A stretch of 64,000 nt of DNA from Podarcis melisellensis (Eukaryota). Below are positions 1-12,290 of the stretch, piece after piece. Each line of letters starts with the position of its first letter. The stretch's first letter is position 1. The stretch is taken from assembly GCA_964234715.1 (NCBI GenBank), contig OZ174275.1, one strand, 5' to 3'. Position numbers and translations under genes: made by a program. Below the pieces are notes generated by a model. That model was not told the origin of the DNA and did no database searches. It saw only the letters and a program-made list of their open reading frames with translations.

Positions 1-339
1 GAAACCAGGAGCTGCAAGCTAAAAATATTATCACCCTTTAGCATAGGAAAGAGGCTGATAAAATGGAATATGACTGAAGGGAAATGAAAGCAGGTTGGAA
101 AGAGCAACTCACAGCACGATCCTATCTATGCATGTCTCCAAAGTCATGTTGTCAGTCAGTCAGTCAGTCAGTTATATTTTGATTGTTCATAGCCAATGGC
201 CCTACAAGAAGGCAATTCAAGAGTAAGCTAAATAGATAACGTTTTCAGAAATGCCAGTTGTCAAAAGTTAAAACCACAAAGTTATCTAAATTGTTTAAAT
301 TTTTAAAAAATCTATTTGGAGTTCAACGTTTTCAAGGAA

Positions 340-745
340 ACCAAGCCTTACGAGGAGTGCTTGAAGGAGCTGGATGTGTATAGCCCGGAAAAGAGGAGGC
401 TGAGAGGAGATATATTAGCCATTTACAAATATCTCAAGGGCTGCCACATAGAAGAGGAAACAAGCTGTTTTCTCCTGCTCTGGAGGGTGGGACTCGAACC
501 CATGACTTCAAGTTGCAAGAAAGGAGATTCCGACCAAACATCAGGAAGAACTTTCTGACAGTAAGAGCTGTTCAGCAGTGGAAAGATCACCCTTGGAAGG
601 TTGTGGATTCTCCTTCCTTGGAAGTTTCTCATCAGAGGTTGGATGGCCATCTGTCATGGATGCTTTAGCTGAGATTCCTGCATTGCAGGGGGTTGGGCTA
701 GATGACCATTGGGGGTCCCTTCCAACGCTGCGATTCTGCGATTCT
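340..745 (+). mobile_element. CR1 LINE 3' fragment
   Basis: LKELDVYSPEKRRLRGDILAIYKYLKG is the CR1 ORF2 C-terminal motif. Ends in the CR1 3' UTR (ggtcccttccaac...gattct gcgattct). Confidence 0.85.
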
Positions 746-2650
746 AGAAGGCGCTATAGGTAGCAGACATGTCTATATCGGCTAGCAATAAAATGATTTA
801 GAAAAAACATTTTCAATTGAATGGGATTTATTCCCAGGTAAATAAGGTACAGGATTGCAACCATTGTTTTCCTTTGCATGTAATGCCAGGAAGTCATCCG
901 ACAAATTCAACAGGCAGGAGCATTTAATATCTCCGCTTTCACACGCTGCGTGCAGTTGACCTGTTAAATGTTGTTCTATCAGATGCCGCTAATGCAGTTC
1001 AAAAAGGACCAGACAGGATTCATATGAATAGCAATTGATAGCAGGTTGTTGCTGTTGTTGTTGTGTGGGGCCAGTTTCCATGTAATGAGCAAGCACTGCA
1101 CTCGTGCCCTTTCCCTTTCCTCGCATGTTCTGCTTTGATGAGTTGCTTCCGTGGAAACCACAGGTGGGCAATAGATGCTCGCTCGTTACTGCAAACCCAA
1201 GGCTGTACAAAGTATGCCCCTGGGAAAATAAATGAAATTGCTTTTGAGACAAGAAAGACATTACAGCTGAACGCATGAGGGGCCAATTCACACAACCAGT
1301 TAAAACTTTAGTAGCTCAGTTCAGCAGGTTCCCATGCATTATAAACATGGGGGAAACCCTCCCTTTGTGGTTGGATATGGCTCAGTATACAGACTACTAA
1401 GCAGAGGAATACTGGAAATTTTGGGCATACCCATGCAGTTCTGCAGGCATGTTGCTTCCAGTTTCTGCATTCCTTGTATGCATATGTTTGAAAGGACTGG
1501 GGAAATTGAGGATATCACGTGTGCACCTGGTTCATTTATTACTTTCAGTGTATGGCGGCTGAGAAATCTGCAGCCAACTATAACCCTATAATGCGTAGCA
1601 TGTTCCTGCATTTGTTGTTGTTTTTATTTTGATTATGTGCTTTGTGGTTTTGTATTTTGATTTTATTCTGTGAACCGACCTGAGACCTGCGAGTATAGGG
1701 CGGTATATAAATTCAATAAATAATAAAATAGAATAAAATAGAAAGTGCAGACCAGCCCTATGTGGGGGTTTGTTGTGACTCCATTTGACCCTGCACTTAG
1801 TGCATCCAGCCACAATCTGTGGCCAGAAATAAATGTCACAGTAGCCACAGAGGTTTTCCCCAATAGTGGTGATTCTGTATTGAATCCCCTCCTCCTTCCA
1901 TAATGTGCAGTTATGGAATATTGTGCTTCCCTGTACCACCAATGGTTATCATGAGTTAGCAGAGGGAACCTAGTGATGTGGTGAGATGTGCTTCTTTTGC
2001 TACACATTGCAGAAAGAGGAGGGAGAGCTGACATTTTAAAATTACTGTGTTGGAGATTATGTGTGCAATGTTTTACAAAGTGCAAAAGAACAAGTCCCTT
2101 CCTCAAGGAGCTTATAGTCTTAACTGCAGGGTGGCAATCCTGTAATCGCCATCCTATCTGGTTCTGGTCCCGGCCTAACTATTGGAACTCTCACCCATTT
2201 GCTTAATTGTGGTCAAAAGGCAGGAAAAAATAATCTGGACCTCAAAACAGAGGTGGCTATCCATCAGCAGGACTGATGTAGCTTTAATTCACCTAAAAGA
2301 TCATGCAATTTTCTGGCTTCACCTGGCATTCATGGCTTCGCATGGTGGAGAAAGTACATTCTTTTTGAAATATTTGCTAGTTCCCATATGTGGTGGGCGT
2401 TTAGATAGTTATTCAAACAAGCATTGCAACCCAGCGTCCTTAAGGGGCCAAAAATAATAGAGGATCTTCAATGAGCTCCACTATTCAGGATTTGGATCCT
2501 TTGCAGTGTGCCGATGCAACTGTGCCACCTATCAGTTCCTCTCTCAGCCAGCTGCCACCTGAGCAGCGATGATTAAACTGCAGCCCATTTTCAGCCTCAG
2601 TAAAATTATTCCGATTGCCCCCTAAAATTGCTGTTTATGTTTTAATTAAG

Positions 2651-2907
2651 CCCAAGAAGTCTGCAAAGAAGCGGGAGCTGATCCAGGCCAGCACAGCGGG
2701 AGAGGCAATTGAAAAGATGTTGGAACAGAAGAAGATTTCAAGTAAAATTAATTATAACGTGTTAAGGGACCTCAACAGCAAAGGAGGTAGCTCACCAAAG
2801 AAAGATGATGACAGCACTGATGACAGCAGCAACACCAAGAAACTGTCAAGAAGAAAATCTCTGGCGGCTCGGAATGTGGCCAACTCCGTAAACAGTGTGG
2901 GGAAAAG
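2651..2907 (+). CDS. BRF1: BRF1 (TFIIIB 90 kDa subunit) internal coding exon, 257 nt
   Basis: Translates [41 protein letters not shown]...NSVGK(R), matching the vertebrate BRF1 C-terminal region ([21 protein letters not shown]). Acceptor ttaattaag|CCC, donor AAG|gtagca, ends in phase 2. Confidence 0.96.
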
Positions 2908-4230
2908 GTAGCACAATTCTTCATTTAAATCCTTTTCTCTTCAGTGAATGGTGCATCTATAGATTGTTAACAGTTCTCTGACACTCAGGTAGTGTTGGGG
3001 CTTTCACTTTTAGTTCAGCGTGTGGGGCCAGAATGAATCATCCTCCACAGGCCACATGTTGGCTGGCAGGTTCATTGTGGCTTAATCACCATTATGTGAA
3101 GGTACCAGTCAGCCCTCAGTAACAAACTTTGCTTCCTAGAATTCTCTTAATTCTTTTCTGTTCTTCCCTCCCCCCGCCCTAAAGATCAGATTTTGTGTTA
3201 GCTGACGTGAAAAGCTTGCTGAAGCCTTCCCCACCCCCACCACATTTTTTCATGTTGATTTTAAAAAAATAATGGTTCTTGTCTTGCTGTGACAGTTTGC
3301 AGTAGCGTGATTTAGTTCTTTGTTTGAATTTTATTCCAAAATTTGGTTGCTAATTACTGCCTCGGATACAAAGCTTCCTAGAAAACATATATATATATCT
3401 GTAGGTTGCATATTCCTAAAATATGAGGGGGGAGGTTTATTGTGGAAGTGGGCACAATATTCAAATTTGGTTGCATCTTCTGCATTTAAAATATATGTGC
3501 CTATTCAGCTGCCTTAACTCCTCCTCGGGTCTCTGCTGTCTATAAAATAAATGTCGGAGTTTGGAGATGATTTTGTTTATAGCTATTTCTTCCTGGCCAG
3601 CTTATGCTTTAAAGAGGCCAAGTTAGTTGGCCCTGCAGCTTACCTTGGAGCATCTAGATGATGCCAGGTGATCTCTCAGAAGAACTTATTACCCCTGGTA
3701 AGGAATCTGTTGCAAGACATGCTTTCCCCGAGGCTGATGTCTTCCCATCTGCCCGTTTCCCATCCTCATTAAAGCTCAGCTATGAGTGCCTTCCTCTTTG
3801 GGGCAGGGCTATTTCGTAAATGGATGCAAATGGGCAGCGCGATGCAAAGTGACAGCTATAGCTGCAGGGGAACAGAGGATACTGCTGGCGCGGGATTTGC
3901 ACCGGCACTGGGCTTCCAGGGCTGCTCTGACACCTTCCAACTCCTGCGTAATGAGCTGTCAGCAGCTCGAAATAAACCCCATGCCCCACACAGCTGCGCT
4001 GCACATGAGAACAGGGCAGATGTAATTTAGCACCACCAGTGGCGACTGCCACGCTAGCTGGGAGGCTCAAATCTAGTTTGAGTTTTCAATAAGAATGGCT
4101 GTACTGGGCCAGCCCAATGGCTGTGCCGGCTCAGTATTCCGACTACCAAGAGGCATTTCACATAGTTGTGCAGACATCAAGATAATGATTATCTAATTAA
4201 ACACCCACATCTGATAGTCGGAGGCGAGGT

Positions 4231-5165
4231 TGTCAAAGAGCCCGCTGGAAGTAAATCACACCCGTTCAAAGTTGGAGTTAACTCTTTATTAGCCAAAACA
4301 CGATACCCAGAGACTTGGCCTAATGAGCACAGCAACTCATTCTTGGTCGGTCTGGCCCCATGAATTAGTTGCCGAGGTTGAATGTCCCCTCCTCTTCACA
4401 GCCGTCTATGTCCCCTCCTCTCCAGGGCGTTCCCCCAGCAATTGGGAACTGCGCCTGTGTGCAGCCTGCCGCTGCTCCGCCAGTTTCAGCTCAGTTCTAA
4501 GAGACAAGGGAGGAGGAGCTTATTGCAACAGGAGTGGGAGACATCCATGACTCTTCCCCAGCCAGACTCCTCTCTGCCTCTTGGCTTATGATGATAATAA
4601 TAATAATAACAACAACAATTTATTATTTATACCCTACCCATCTGGCTGGGTTTCCCCAGCTACTCTGGGCGGCTCCCAACAGAACACCAATAACAGTGAT
4701 AAAAAAGCAACAACATCAAACGTTAAAAACTTCCCTAAACTGCCTTCAGATGTTTCCTAAATGTTATATAATTACTCATCTCCTTTATATTTAATGGGAG
4801 GGCTTTCCACAGGGTGAGCACCACTTCCGAGAAGGCCCTCTGCCTGGTTCCCCGTAGCTTCACTTTTTGCAGTGAGAGAACCGCCAGAAGGCCCTCGGAG
4901 CTGGACCTGAGTGTTGATGGGGGTGGAGACTGGGCTTCCCTCCTCCTACTCTCCTGCTTCAGCTGCTGCCTCTGATTCTGGATGTCTCTCTGCCACAGAC
5001 TCCCCCCTCTCACTAAGCCCTGTTACCCCTCCAGCTTCTGACACCTCCTCTTCTCAGTCTTCTCTTCCTGACCCCTCATTGTCGTCCCATCACCACTCCC
5101 CTGGCTTTGAGCCTTCTTCCCTTGGGGGTTCCCCAGCTGGTTCCTTCCACCATTCCTCTGCAGTA
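4231..5165 (-). mobile_element. LTR-like element copy A, interrupted by L2 and truncated
   Basis: Starts TGTCA and is homologous to 35939-36515 and 56092-56671. Split by an L2 insertion at 4588-4932. Confidence 0.7.
4588..4932 (-). mobile_element. L2 LINE 3' fragment inserted in the LTR-like element
   Basis: Minus strand gives GTRQRAFSEVVLTLWKALP...FRKHLKA with a (TTA)n tail. Flanked by GGCTT duplication (4583-4587, 4933-4937). Confidence 0.8.
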
Positions 5166-5559
5166 CATTTCCGAGCACAATTCAAAGTGTTGGTGCTGAC
5201 CTTTAAAGCCCTAAACAGCCTCGGTCCAGTATATCTGAAGGAGCGTCTCCACCCCCATCGCTCTGCCCGGACACTGACGTCCAGCGCCAAGGGCCTTCTG
5301 GCAGTTCCCTCACTGCAAGAAGTGAGGTTACAGGGAACCAGGCAGAGGGCCTTCTCGGTAGTGGCACCCGCCCTGTGGAACACCCTCCCACCAGATGTCA
5401 AAGAGAACAAAAACTACCAGACTTTTAGAAGACATCTGAAGGCAGCCCTGTTCAGGGAAGCTTTTAATGTTTGATGCATTGCTGTATTTTAATATTTGGT
5501 TGGAAGCCGCCCAGAGTGGCTGGGGAAGCTCAGCCAGATGGGCGAGATATAAATAATAA

Positions 5560-5607
<48 letters not shown>

Positions 5608-5620
5608 CATCATCATCATT
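5166..5620 (+). mobile_element. L2 LINE 3' fragment
   Basis: FKVLVLTFKALNSLGPVYLKERL...RAFSVVAPALWNTLP...FRRHLKAALF* is the L2-clade C-terminus, followed by 3' UTR and (TTA)n tail. Confidence 0.85.
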
Positions 5621-6407
5621 TTCCAACCAGTCCATGGCATATGTCTGAAAATGGAGGCTTTGCATCTGGCTAGTAGCTGTGGCTATTCATACACCCCATC
5701 TATTTATCAAATCCCTTTTAAAAAAAACAATTTCTGAGATTGCTATCAGTTCAGTATATTCAATATCCATAAATGTAGGTAGCCTGGCTTCCCCCTTTGC
5801 TATTCTTGCTTTAGTGTGTGTTTATTACAAGTTCCAATGCCCACAGTGCTGACCGATGGCAACTGAGCTGCTGGGTGTTTCTTTCAAATCCGAATTTACT
5901 GTTGTGGCATTTGCCATTTCGTACTCAGAATCTCTTGCTGAGGCTTCTTCTTGACGCTCTTGGAGCTTTGTTCTCTCCTGCATCCCATATGCGAACACAA
6001 AGATAATTCGAGGTGGCAAATCTTTGTGTTCTGCTCAGGCACTGTAGTCTTTGACTTCCATATGCCTTTGTTTGAGAGCTGCAGGTGTCTTCTGTTCTCC
6101 ATATAACTTTTCTCTGTACGGCTTACAGTGATCCTGGGTCAGCTGAAGAAATACTCTAAAGGTCGTTGTGCTTTTTGGTTACAACATATGACTGCAAAGA
6201 GGTGAAACGAAGGCAGGGAGCAAAGAGGAGATTGCATTACTTGAAGAAATAGACATTGACTGGCTTGCTCATTGTGGCATCACGGAACAGACAGATAATA
6301 ATGGTGTTATTATTTATAGACACTCACCACACAAAGATATCCAAATGATTTTTTCTTGTGTGTTATTCTGTTTCTGGTTAGCAGCTGTTTTACAGGGTTA
6401 ACCCCTT

Positions 6408-6498
6408 AAGAAGTGTGCATGCACACAAAAGCTCATATCAATAACAAACTTAGTTGGTCTCTAACATGCTACTGGACGGATTTTTTTTTTATTTGTTT
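6408..6498 (+). mobile_element. Short Penelope-like 3'-end fragment with degenerate hammerhead motif
   Basis: Reverse-complement homolog of 20393-20483 (aagaagtgtgcatgcacac.aaagctcata...tgctactgga). CCCCTT repeats at 6402-6407 and 6499-6504. Confidence 0.75.
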
Positions 6499-6684
6499 CC
6501 CCTTCTTAGATTGTTGGGAGTTAGGCTATAGTTGGGTTGACACATAACCAGATTCACCCGGTGGACTTAGTGTCCCTTTCTAGCGTCCCCCCAAAAAGCT
6601 CAACAACTTTTTGGGCGATTTTCCCGCCAAAAAACTCAACAACTTTTGTGTCTGGGTTTTTACCTCTTGAAATATGGCAAACCT

Positions 6685-7060
6685 AAGGTAAAAGGTAAAG
6701 GTAAAGGACCCCTGTGCGGTTAAGTCCAGTCAAAGGCGACTATGGGGTTGCAGTGCTCATTTCACTTTCAGGCTGAAGGAGCCGGCATTTGTCCACAGAC
6801 AGCTTTCCGAGTCATGTGGTCCCGCTTCTGGTGCAACGGGACACCATGACAAAAACCAGAGCACACGGAAACACCGTTTACCCTCCCGCCGCAGTGGTAC
6901 CTATTTATCTATTTGCACTGGTATGCTTTTGAATAGCTAGGTTGGCAGGAACTGAGACAGAGCAACGGGAGCTCACCCCGTCACGGGGATTCAAACCACT
7001 GATCTTCTGATCGGCAAGCCCAAGAGGCTCAGTGGTTTAGACCACAGCACCACCCGCCAC
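6685..7060 (-). mobile_element. Sauria SINE
   Basis: (AAAGGT)n tail at left, typical body, tRNA-related head at right (accacagcaccacccg). Confidence 0.9.
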
Positions 7061-8017
7061 CCTAGGATATAGCTAAATGCTAGTGCAGATGTGTGTGAAA
7101 GGTCCCAGATTCATTTCCCAGCATTACCAGTGGGAAGGATGGCTGGAAAAGACTTCTGGCTGAGACTCGGCATAGTCATAGCCAGCCAGGAGTGGCTAAA
7201 TGGACCAATGGCCTGAGTTAGCTTCATAAGGTAGCTGCACACACTCAGAAGGCATGGATGTCCATACAAGTGTAGAAATTTGCATTCAAAATCTAGAATA
7301 TCATATTTTAAGAACTTGGCAAGTGTATAGTTTATTTTGATTTTTCTCAGGATTAAAGATTTACAGTAGACCTTTTGATTTTTCTTCCATTACTCTAAAT
7401 GCAGTACATCATATGGCATGCATAAATTCCTTTGTTCACATTTCTTCCTCCAAGGTGTTAGCAGATAAATGCATTTTTCCTCAGCAATACAATAATCACA
7501 GTAATTTATGTGCAATTAAGAACAAAACGTGCTACACTTCTCATTTGACAACGAAGCCCCTCGTGTTTCTCCATCGTGAGCACAGATCTTACTAGCCATT
7601 TAATTTGCAGTGATTAATAATCTCCTTGGTTTTATCTTCAGAGATAGCTTAAATGTTTTAGTAATATTTTATCTGGCAGGAGCAGAGGTTTGCCTAATAA
7701 GCAACTGCAGAGGGATACTTTTTACCCAATATTTCAGCTCGTGCAAGTTAAGCCTTCAAGGTTGAGTTGTGACATCTTAACCAGAAAAAAAGTGCTGGGG
7801 TCTGATGGAGGTTTGAAAACTGAGAACTAGGCTCAGAAATGTGCACTTGCCTCCCTCTGAAGAATGTGAAGGCCTGGAGGGGAGGAGGGGATGGTGGGGA
7901 GTCCACTCTCATTCCCCCCCCCCCCAAAGCCTCTGTTTTCTGATTTTTTTGAAATTTGTTTTGGATTATGACATGTTTTCTTTTAGAACAATGAACAAAG
8001 CATTTAAGGCAAGAGGT

Positions 8018-8415
8018 TTCCGATCACATTTCAAAGTGTTGGTGCTGACCTTTAAAGCCCTAAACGGCCTCGGTCCAGTATACCTGAAGGAGTGTCTCCA
8101 CCCCCATCGTTCTTCCCGGGCACTGAGGTCCAGCACCGAGGGCCTTCTGGCGGTTCCCTCACTGCAAGAAGTGAAGTTTCAGGGAACCAGGCAGAGGGCC
8201 TTCTCGATAGCGGCACCCGCCCTGTGGAACACCCTCCCGTCAAATGTCAAGAAAATAAACAACTGTCTGACTTTTAGAAGACATCTGAAGGCAGCCCTGT
8301 TTAGGGAAGTTTTTAATGTTTGATGCTGTATTGTGTTTTTAATATTCGGTTGGGAGCTGCCCAGAGTGGCTGGGGAAACCCTGCTAGATGGGTGGGGTAT
8401 AAATAATAATTTATT
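8018..8415 (+). mobile_element. L2 LINE 3' fragment
   Basis: Closely similar to 5166-5560; same C-terminal peptide. Confidence 0.85.
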
Positions 8416-8781
8416 TATCCATCCATCCATCCATCCCCCCCTCAATTTTTTTCTGGGAAATGTTTGTGAATGTAAGAGTTTTATATAAGGCCATGTACAG
8501 TATCAGATCATTACAATTCCTGTACTTTGACGACAAGCAAGTCCTGAGTATTATGCTGGGAGGGCAACTCCCAAATGCCGAGCAAGGTACGCCTCTCCCT
8601 CTTGAAGGGCACGGCCATTGTCCTCTGTCATAGCCAAAAGGATGCTTGCTGCAAGCCGCCGAGAGTGGCTGAGGAAACCCAGCCAGATGGGTGGGGTGGT
8701 AAACATAATAATCATAATCATAATTTCAGTGCAGCAGCCTGCTTGGAAGGTGTTTGTTCCCTTTCTAGGGGCAGCTGATTA

Positions 8782-9007
8782 CAGTGGTACCTCGGGTTAA
8801 GAACTTAATTTGTTCTTAACCTGAAACTGTTCTTAACCTGAGGTACTTTAGCTAATGGGGCCCCCTGCTGCTGCCGCACCGCCAGAGCACGATTTCTGTT
8901 CTCACCCTGAAGCAAAGTTCTTAACCCGAGGTACTATTTCTGGGTTAGCGGAGTCTGTTGCATGAAGCGTCTGTAACCTGAAGTGTCTGTATCCTGAGGT
9001 ACCACTG
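8782..9007. mobile_element. Tc1/mariner-type MITE
   Basis: Terminal inverted repeats CAGTGGTACCTC...GAGGTACCACTG with TA on both sides. Confidence 0.85.
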
Positions 9008-10669
9008 TACCAGTTTGAAAATATTTTGTGGCACTTCAATTACAGTATACCATTTAAAAAACCAATGGAAGACCTATCTTTTAATTCCAGGGCATCAAGC
9101 GTGCCACTACTGTATTTTCAAATGCTAATTACATTACAGTGTGATTTGTTGTATTACAAACTGCATGCAATTATCTGTTGTTGTTGTTGTTTGTGTGTTT
9201 TTAAAGAGCAAACAGGAAGAGATAGCTTTTAAGCAGATCACCGGAGCAATACTTAATACGATCATCAACTATAGGGCTAATGAAAAAGTTTGCATATTTT
9301 TCGGGGGGGGGAGGCTCAGTTTTATGTAAATTTGTTTTAATTACATTTTTCACTGTATGTAATTTGAAGCTGCCTAATAGGAAAAGGTCAGATCTAATTT
9401 TCACACGGAAAATGCTTTCTCTTAAGTGTCTTCTATCAACAAATCATAGTTCAATTTGGGTGGAATGCCTTTTTTTTTTTTTTTTGCTTGCAGTAAGCTA
9501 ACATTATATCTGTCAAGCTTTAACATGGTTTCTTCTTAATGTCTTATCACTATTGTAAAGCAGGAGCCTACGTTTATACCACTAATCTTTTTCAATGTGT
9601 GGGTTTGTGGTATTGTTGTTTTTAAATCTGCTTTAGTCATGGCTAAATGAAAACTTGCTCCATTCTTACTTCTGTACCTGGATAATTCTGTGCCAGTAGA
9701 AAAAGAGAGCTGTGTCCAGAGAAACATCTAGTTGCATGTTGTACTTGCTTGAACTGAAATCTTATTATTGTGGAGGAAAATCTGTTGCACCTGGCAAATG
9801 TTGGATCTGAACTACCTTTCAAGTCGCTACATTTTAAAATGTGAAGGCTCCCTGTTTCCTGGTACTTAAAACTGGCAGTGATATACAAGGAGGCAGGCAG
9901 TATTATAAAAAGAATAAATGTGTCGGGTTAATCTTTGAAAATCCAGGAAGAAATGAAGCAGCCCTGAAAAGTACACTGGAACCTCTTCCAAGGCAGAAGG
10001 TCGTTCTTGTCCCTCTGTCTCTCCCTGCCTCTTCCCCTATACACACTCACACTCAAACATGAATGTCTTCAAGACTGAAATCATGTTAGTGGTGGTTATG
10101 AAATGCCTCCAGGGGTTTTGGGGGGAAAGATTTTATTTTGAAATGAATTTTAACCTCAGACGTACCCTGAAATTATTCTTGAAAGGCTCTGTTTTGAGGA
10201 GGCAAACCTGTGTCTCCATCTTCAAGACTTGTATTACAGGCATACATATATATCTTCAGGCAGCACAAAGTGGAAATCACTGTTCTTTGCAACCCTCGGG
10301 GTGGGAGATGGCTTGTGTTTGCTGCAACATTTGGGGTGTGTGTGTGTGTCATGTTTAGAGGGGCTGTAGCCTTCTGGAATACTGCCCTGCCCTTTAAAGT
10401 AATGCAGTTTTATTTTTTTGTTTTTAAACATCCTGGAAACTGTACACCAAGACTTTAGATGAAAGAAAGGGCTATGCTCCACTGTGAGTCATTCACATCC
10501 AGAAGTCTCCACAAGTTCTTTGGTCTATACTAATTTGCCATTTTTATTTTGTGGTTTTGTTATACTGCTATGTTGTTGTTTTTTAAGGTCATTATAGTTC
10601 CGTAGACTCAAGGTTCAGGGTACAGATTTGAGAACAACATGCTATTGGCTTGTGAATGAGTACCCCTGT

Positions 10670-11160
10670 CCTGGTAGTTCAGTCAGTAGACTTAATCTCA
10701 CAGTTGTGGGTTCAAGACCCATGTTGGGCAAAAGTTTCCTGCATTGCAGGGGGTTGGACTAAATGAACCTTGTAAAGGTAAAGGTAAAGGGACCCCTGAC
10801 CATTAGGTCCAGTCGCCGGCGACTCTGGGGTTGCGGCGCTCATCTCACTTTAGGGAGCCGGCGTACAGCTTCCGGGTCATGTGGCCAGCATGACTAAGCC
10901 ACTTCTGGCAAACCAGAGCAGCGCACGGAAACGCCATTTACCTTGCCGTTGGAGCAGTACCTATTTATCTACTTGCAGTTTGATGTGCTTTCGAACTGCT
11001 AGGTTGGCAGGAGCAGGGACCGAGCAACGGGAGCTCACCCCACTGCAGGGATTCGAACCGCCGACCTTCTGATCGGCAAGTCCTAGGCTCTGTGGCTTAA
11101 CCCACAGCGCCACCTGCGTCCCTTAATGAGCCTTGTAGTCCCTTCCAATTCTATAATTCT
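10670..11160 (+). mobile_element. tRNA-head/CR1-tail SINE split by a Sauria SINE
   Basis: Head gtagttcagtcagtag...gggttcaagaccc and CR1 tail cctgcattgcagggggttggact, resuming as gtcccttccaattct after 11123. Homologous to 59910-60058. Confidence 0.65.
10774..11123 (-). mobile_element. Sauria SINE
   Basis: Full length with AAAGGT tail. Imperfect TSD aatgaaccttgta/aatgagccttgta. Confidence 0.9.
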
Positions 11161-11668
11161 AAGGTATTTAATACTTTTCTCTTCTACCTTTCCTCTAAGG
11201 CGTGCTTCCCCATTCTGGTGTCCACCACAGGCTTTGGACCAAATATCCAAGCAGCACGGCTGTAGTTGTAATCTGCAATATCTGGACGACACAAGGTTGG
11301 GGAAGACTGCTGGCATGACTTTCTGCTGGCACACAAAATTCTAAACACACAAACACACACACACCACTTTTCTCTTCACAACACTCTGGAAGAATAGTGA
11401 TCACTGAAATACCTTATTGGCCCCAGATCATCCAGTAAATTTCATTGGTCAGTGGGAAAGAAAAACCCTGGTTTCACGGGGTCTAATTCAACAATGCAGC
11501 ACAGTGGCCTGCACAGGGTTAACACCCAGGTACCAACAGTCAAGCAGAACTGGAAAAAACAGACCACACTCCCCCCCAACCCCCCATGCTCTCAGGCTTT
11601 GAGTGATTTTCAATGCAAACCTGTTCATACCTACTCAGAAGTAACCTGCACTGAGTTCAGTAGGACTT

Positions 11669-12290
11669 GTTGTTGTTGTTTAGTCGTGTCCGACTCTTCG
11701 TGACCCCATGGACCAGAGCACGCCAGGCACTCCTGTCTTCCACTGCCTCCCGCAGTTTGGTCAAACTCATGTTTGTGGCTTCGAGAACACTGTCCAACCA
11801 TCTCATCCTCTGTTGTCCCCTTCTCCTTGTACCCTCCATCTTTCCCAACATCAGGATCTTTTCCAGGGAGTATTCTCTTTTCATGAGTTGGCCAAAGTTT
11901 TGGAGTCTCAGCTTCACGATCTGCCCTTCCAGTAAGCACTCTGGGCTGATTTCCTTTAGAATGGAGAGGTTTGATCTTCTTGCAGTCCATGGGACTCTCA
12001 AGAGTCTCCTCCAGACCATAATTCAAAAGCATTAATTCTTCGGTGATCAGCCTTCTTTATGGTCCAGCTCTCACTTCCATACATCACTACTGGGAAAACC
12101 ATAGCTTTAACTATACAGACCTTGCCGTGGCGAAGGGGCTTGAATAACTCAGAGAAGCTATGAATTATGCCGAGCAGGGCACCCAAGATGGTCAGGTCAT
12201 AGTGGAGAGTTTTGACCAAACATGATCCACCTGGAGGAGGAACCGGCAAGCCACTCCAGTATCCCTGCCAAGGAAACTCCATGGACATAG
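11669..12290 (-). mobile_element. BovB (RTE) LINE insertion with inverted segment
   Basis: Minus strand WRRLLRVPWTARRSNLSILKEISPECLLEG...RWLDSV is the BovB C-terminus, with a (CAA)n tail. 12-bp TSD TCAGTAGGACTT at 11657-11668 and 12291-12302. Confidence 0.9.

Noticed and set aside
2615-2650. N-terminal extension [12 protein letters not shown] of the BRF1 ORF
   Set aside because: Intronic sequence upstream of the acceptor at 2650, with no true ATG.
4911-5474. 187-aa Ser-rich ORF
   Set aside because: Chimera of the antisense LTR-like frame and an L2 C-terminus.
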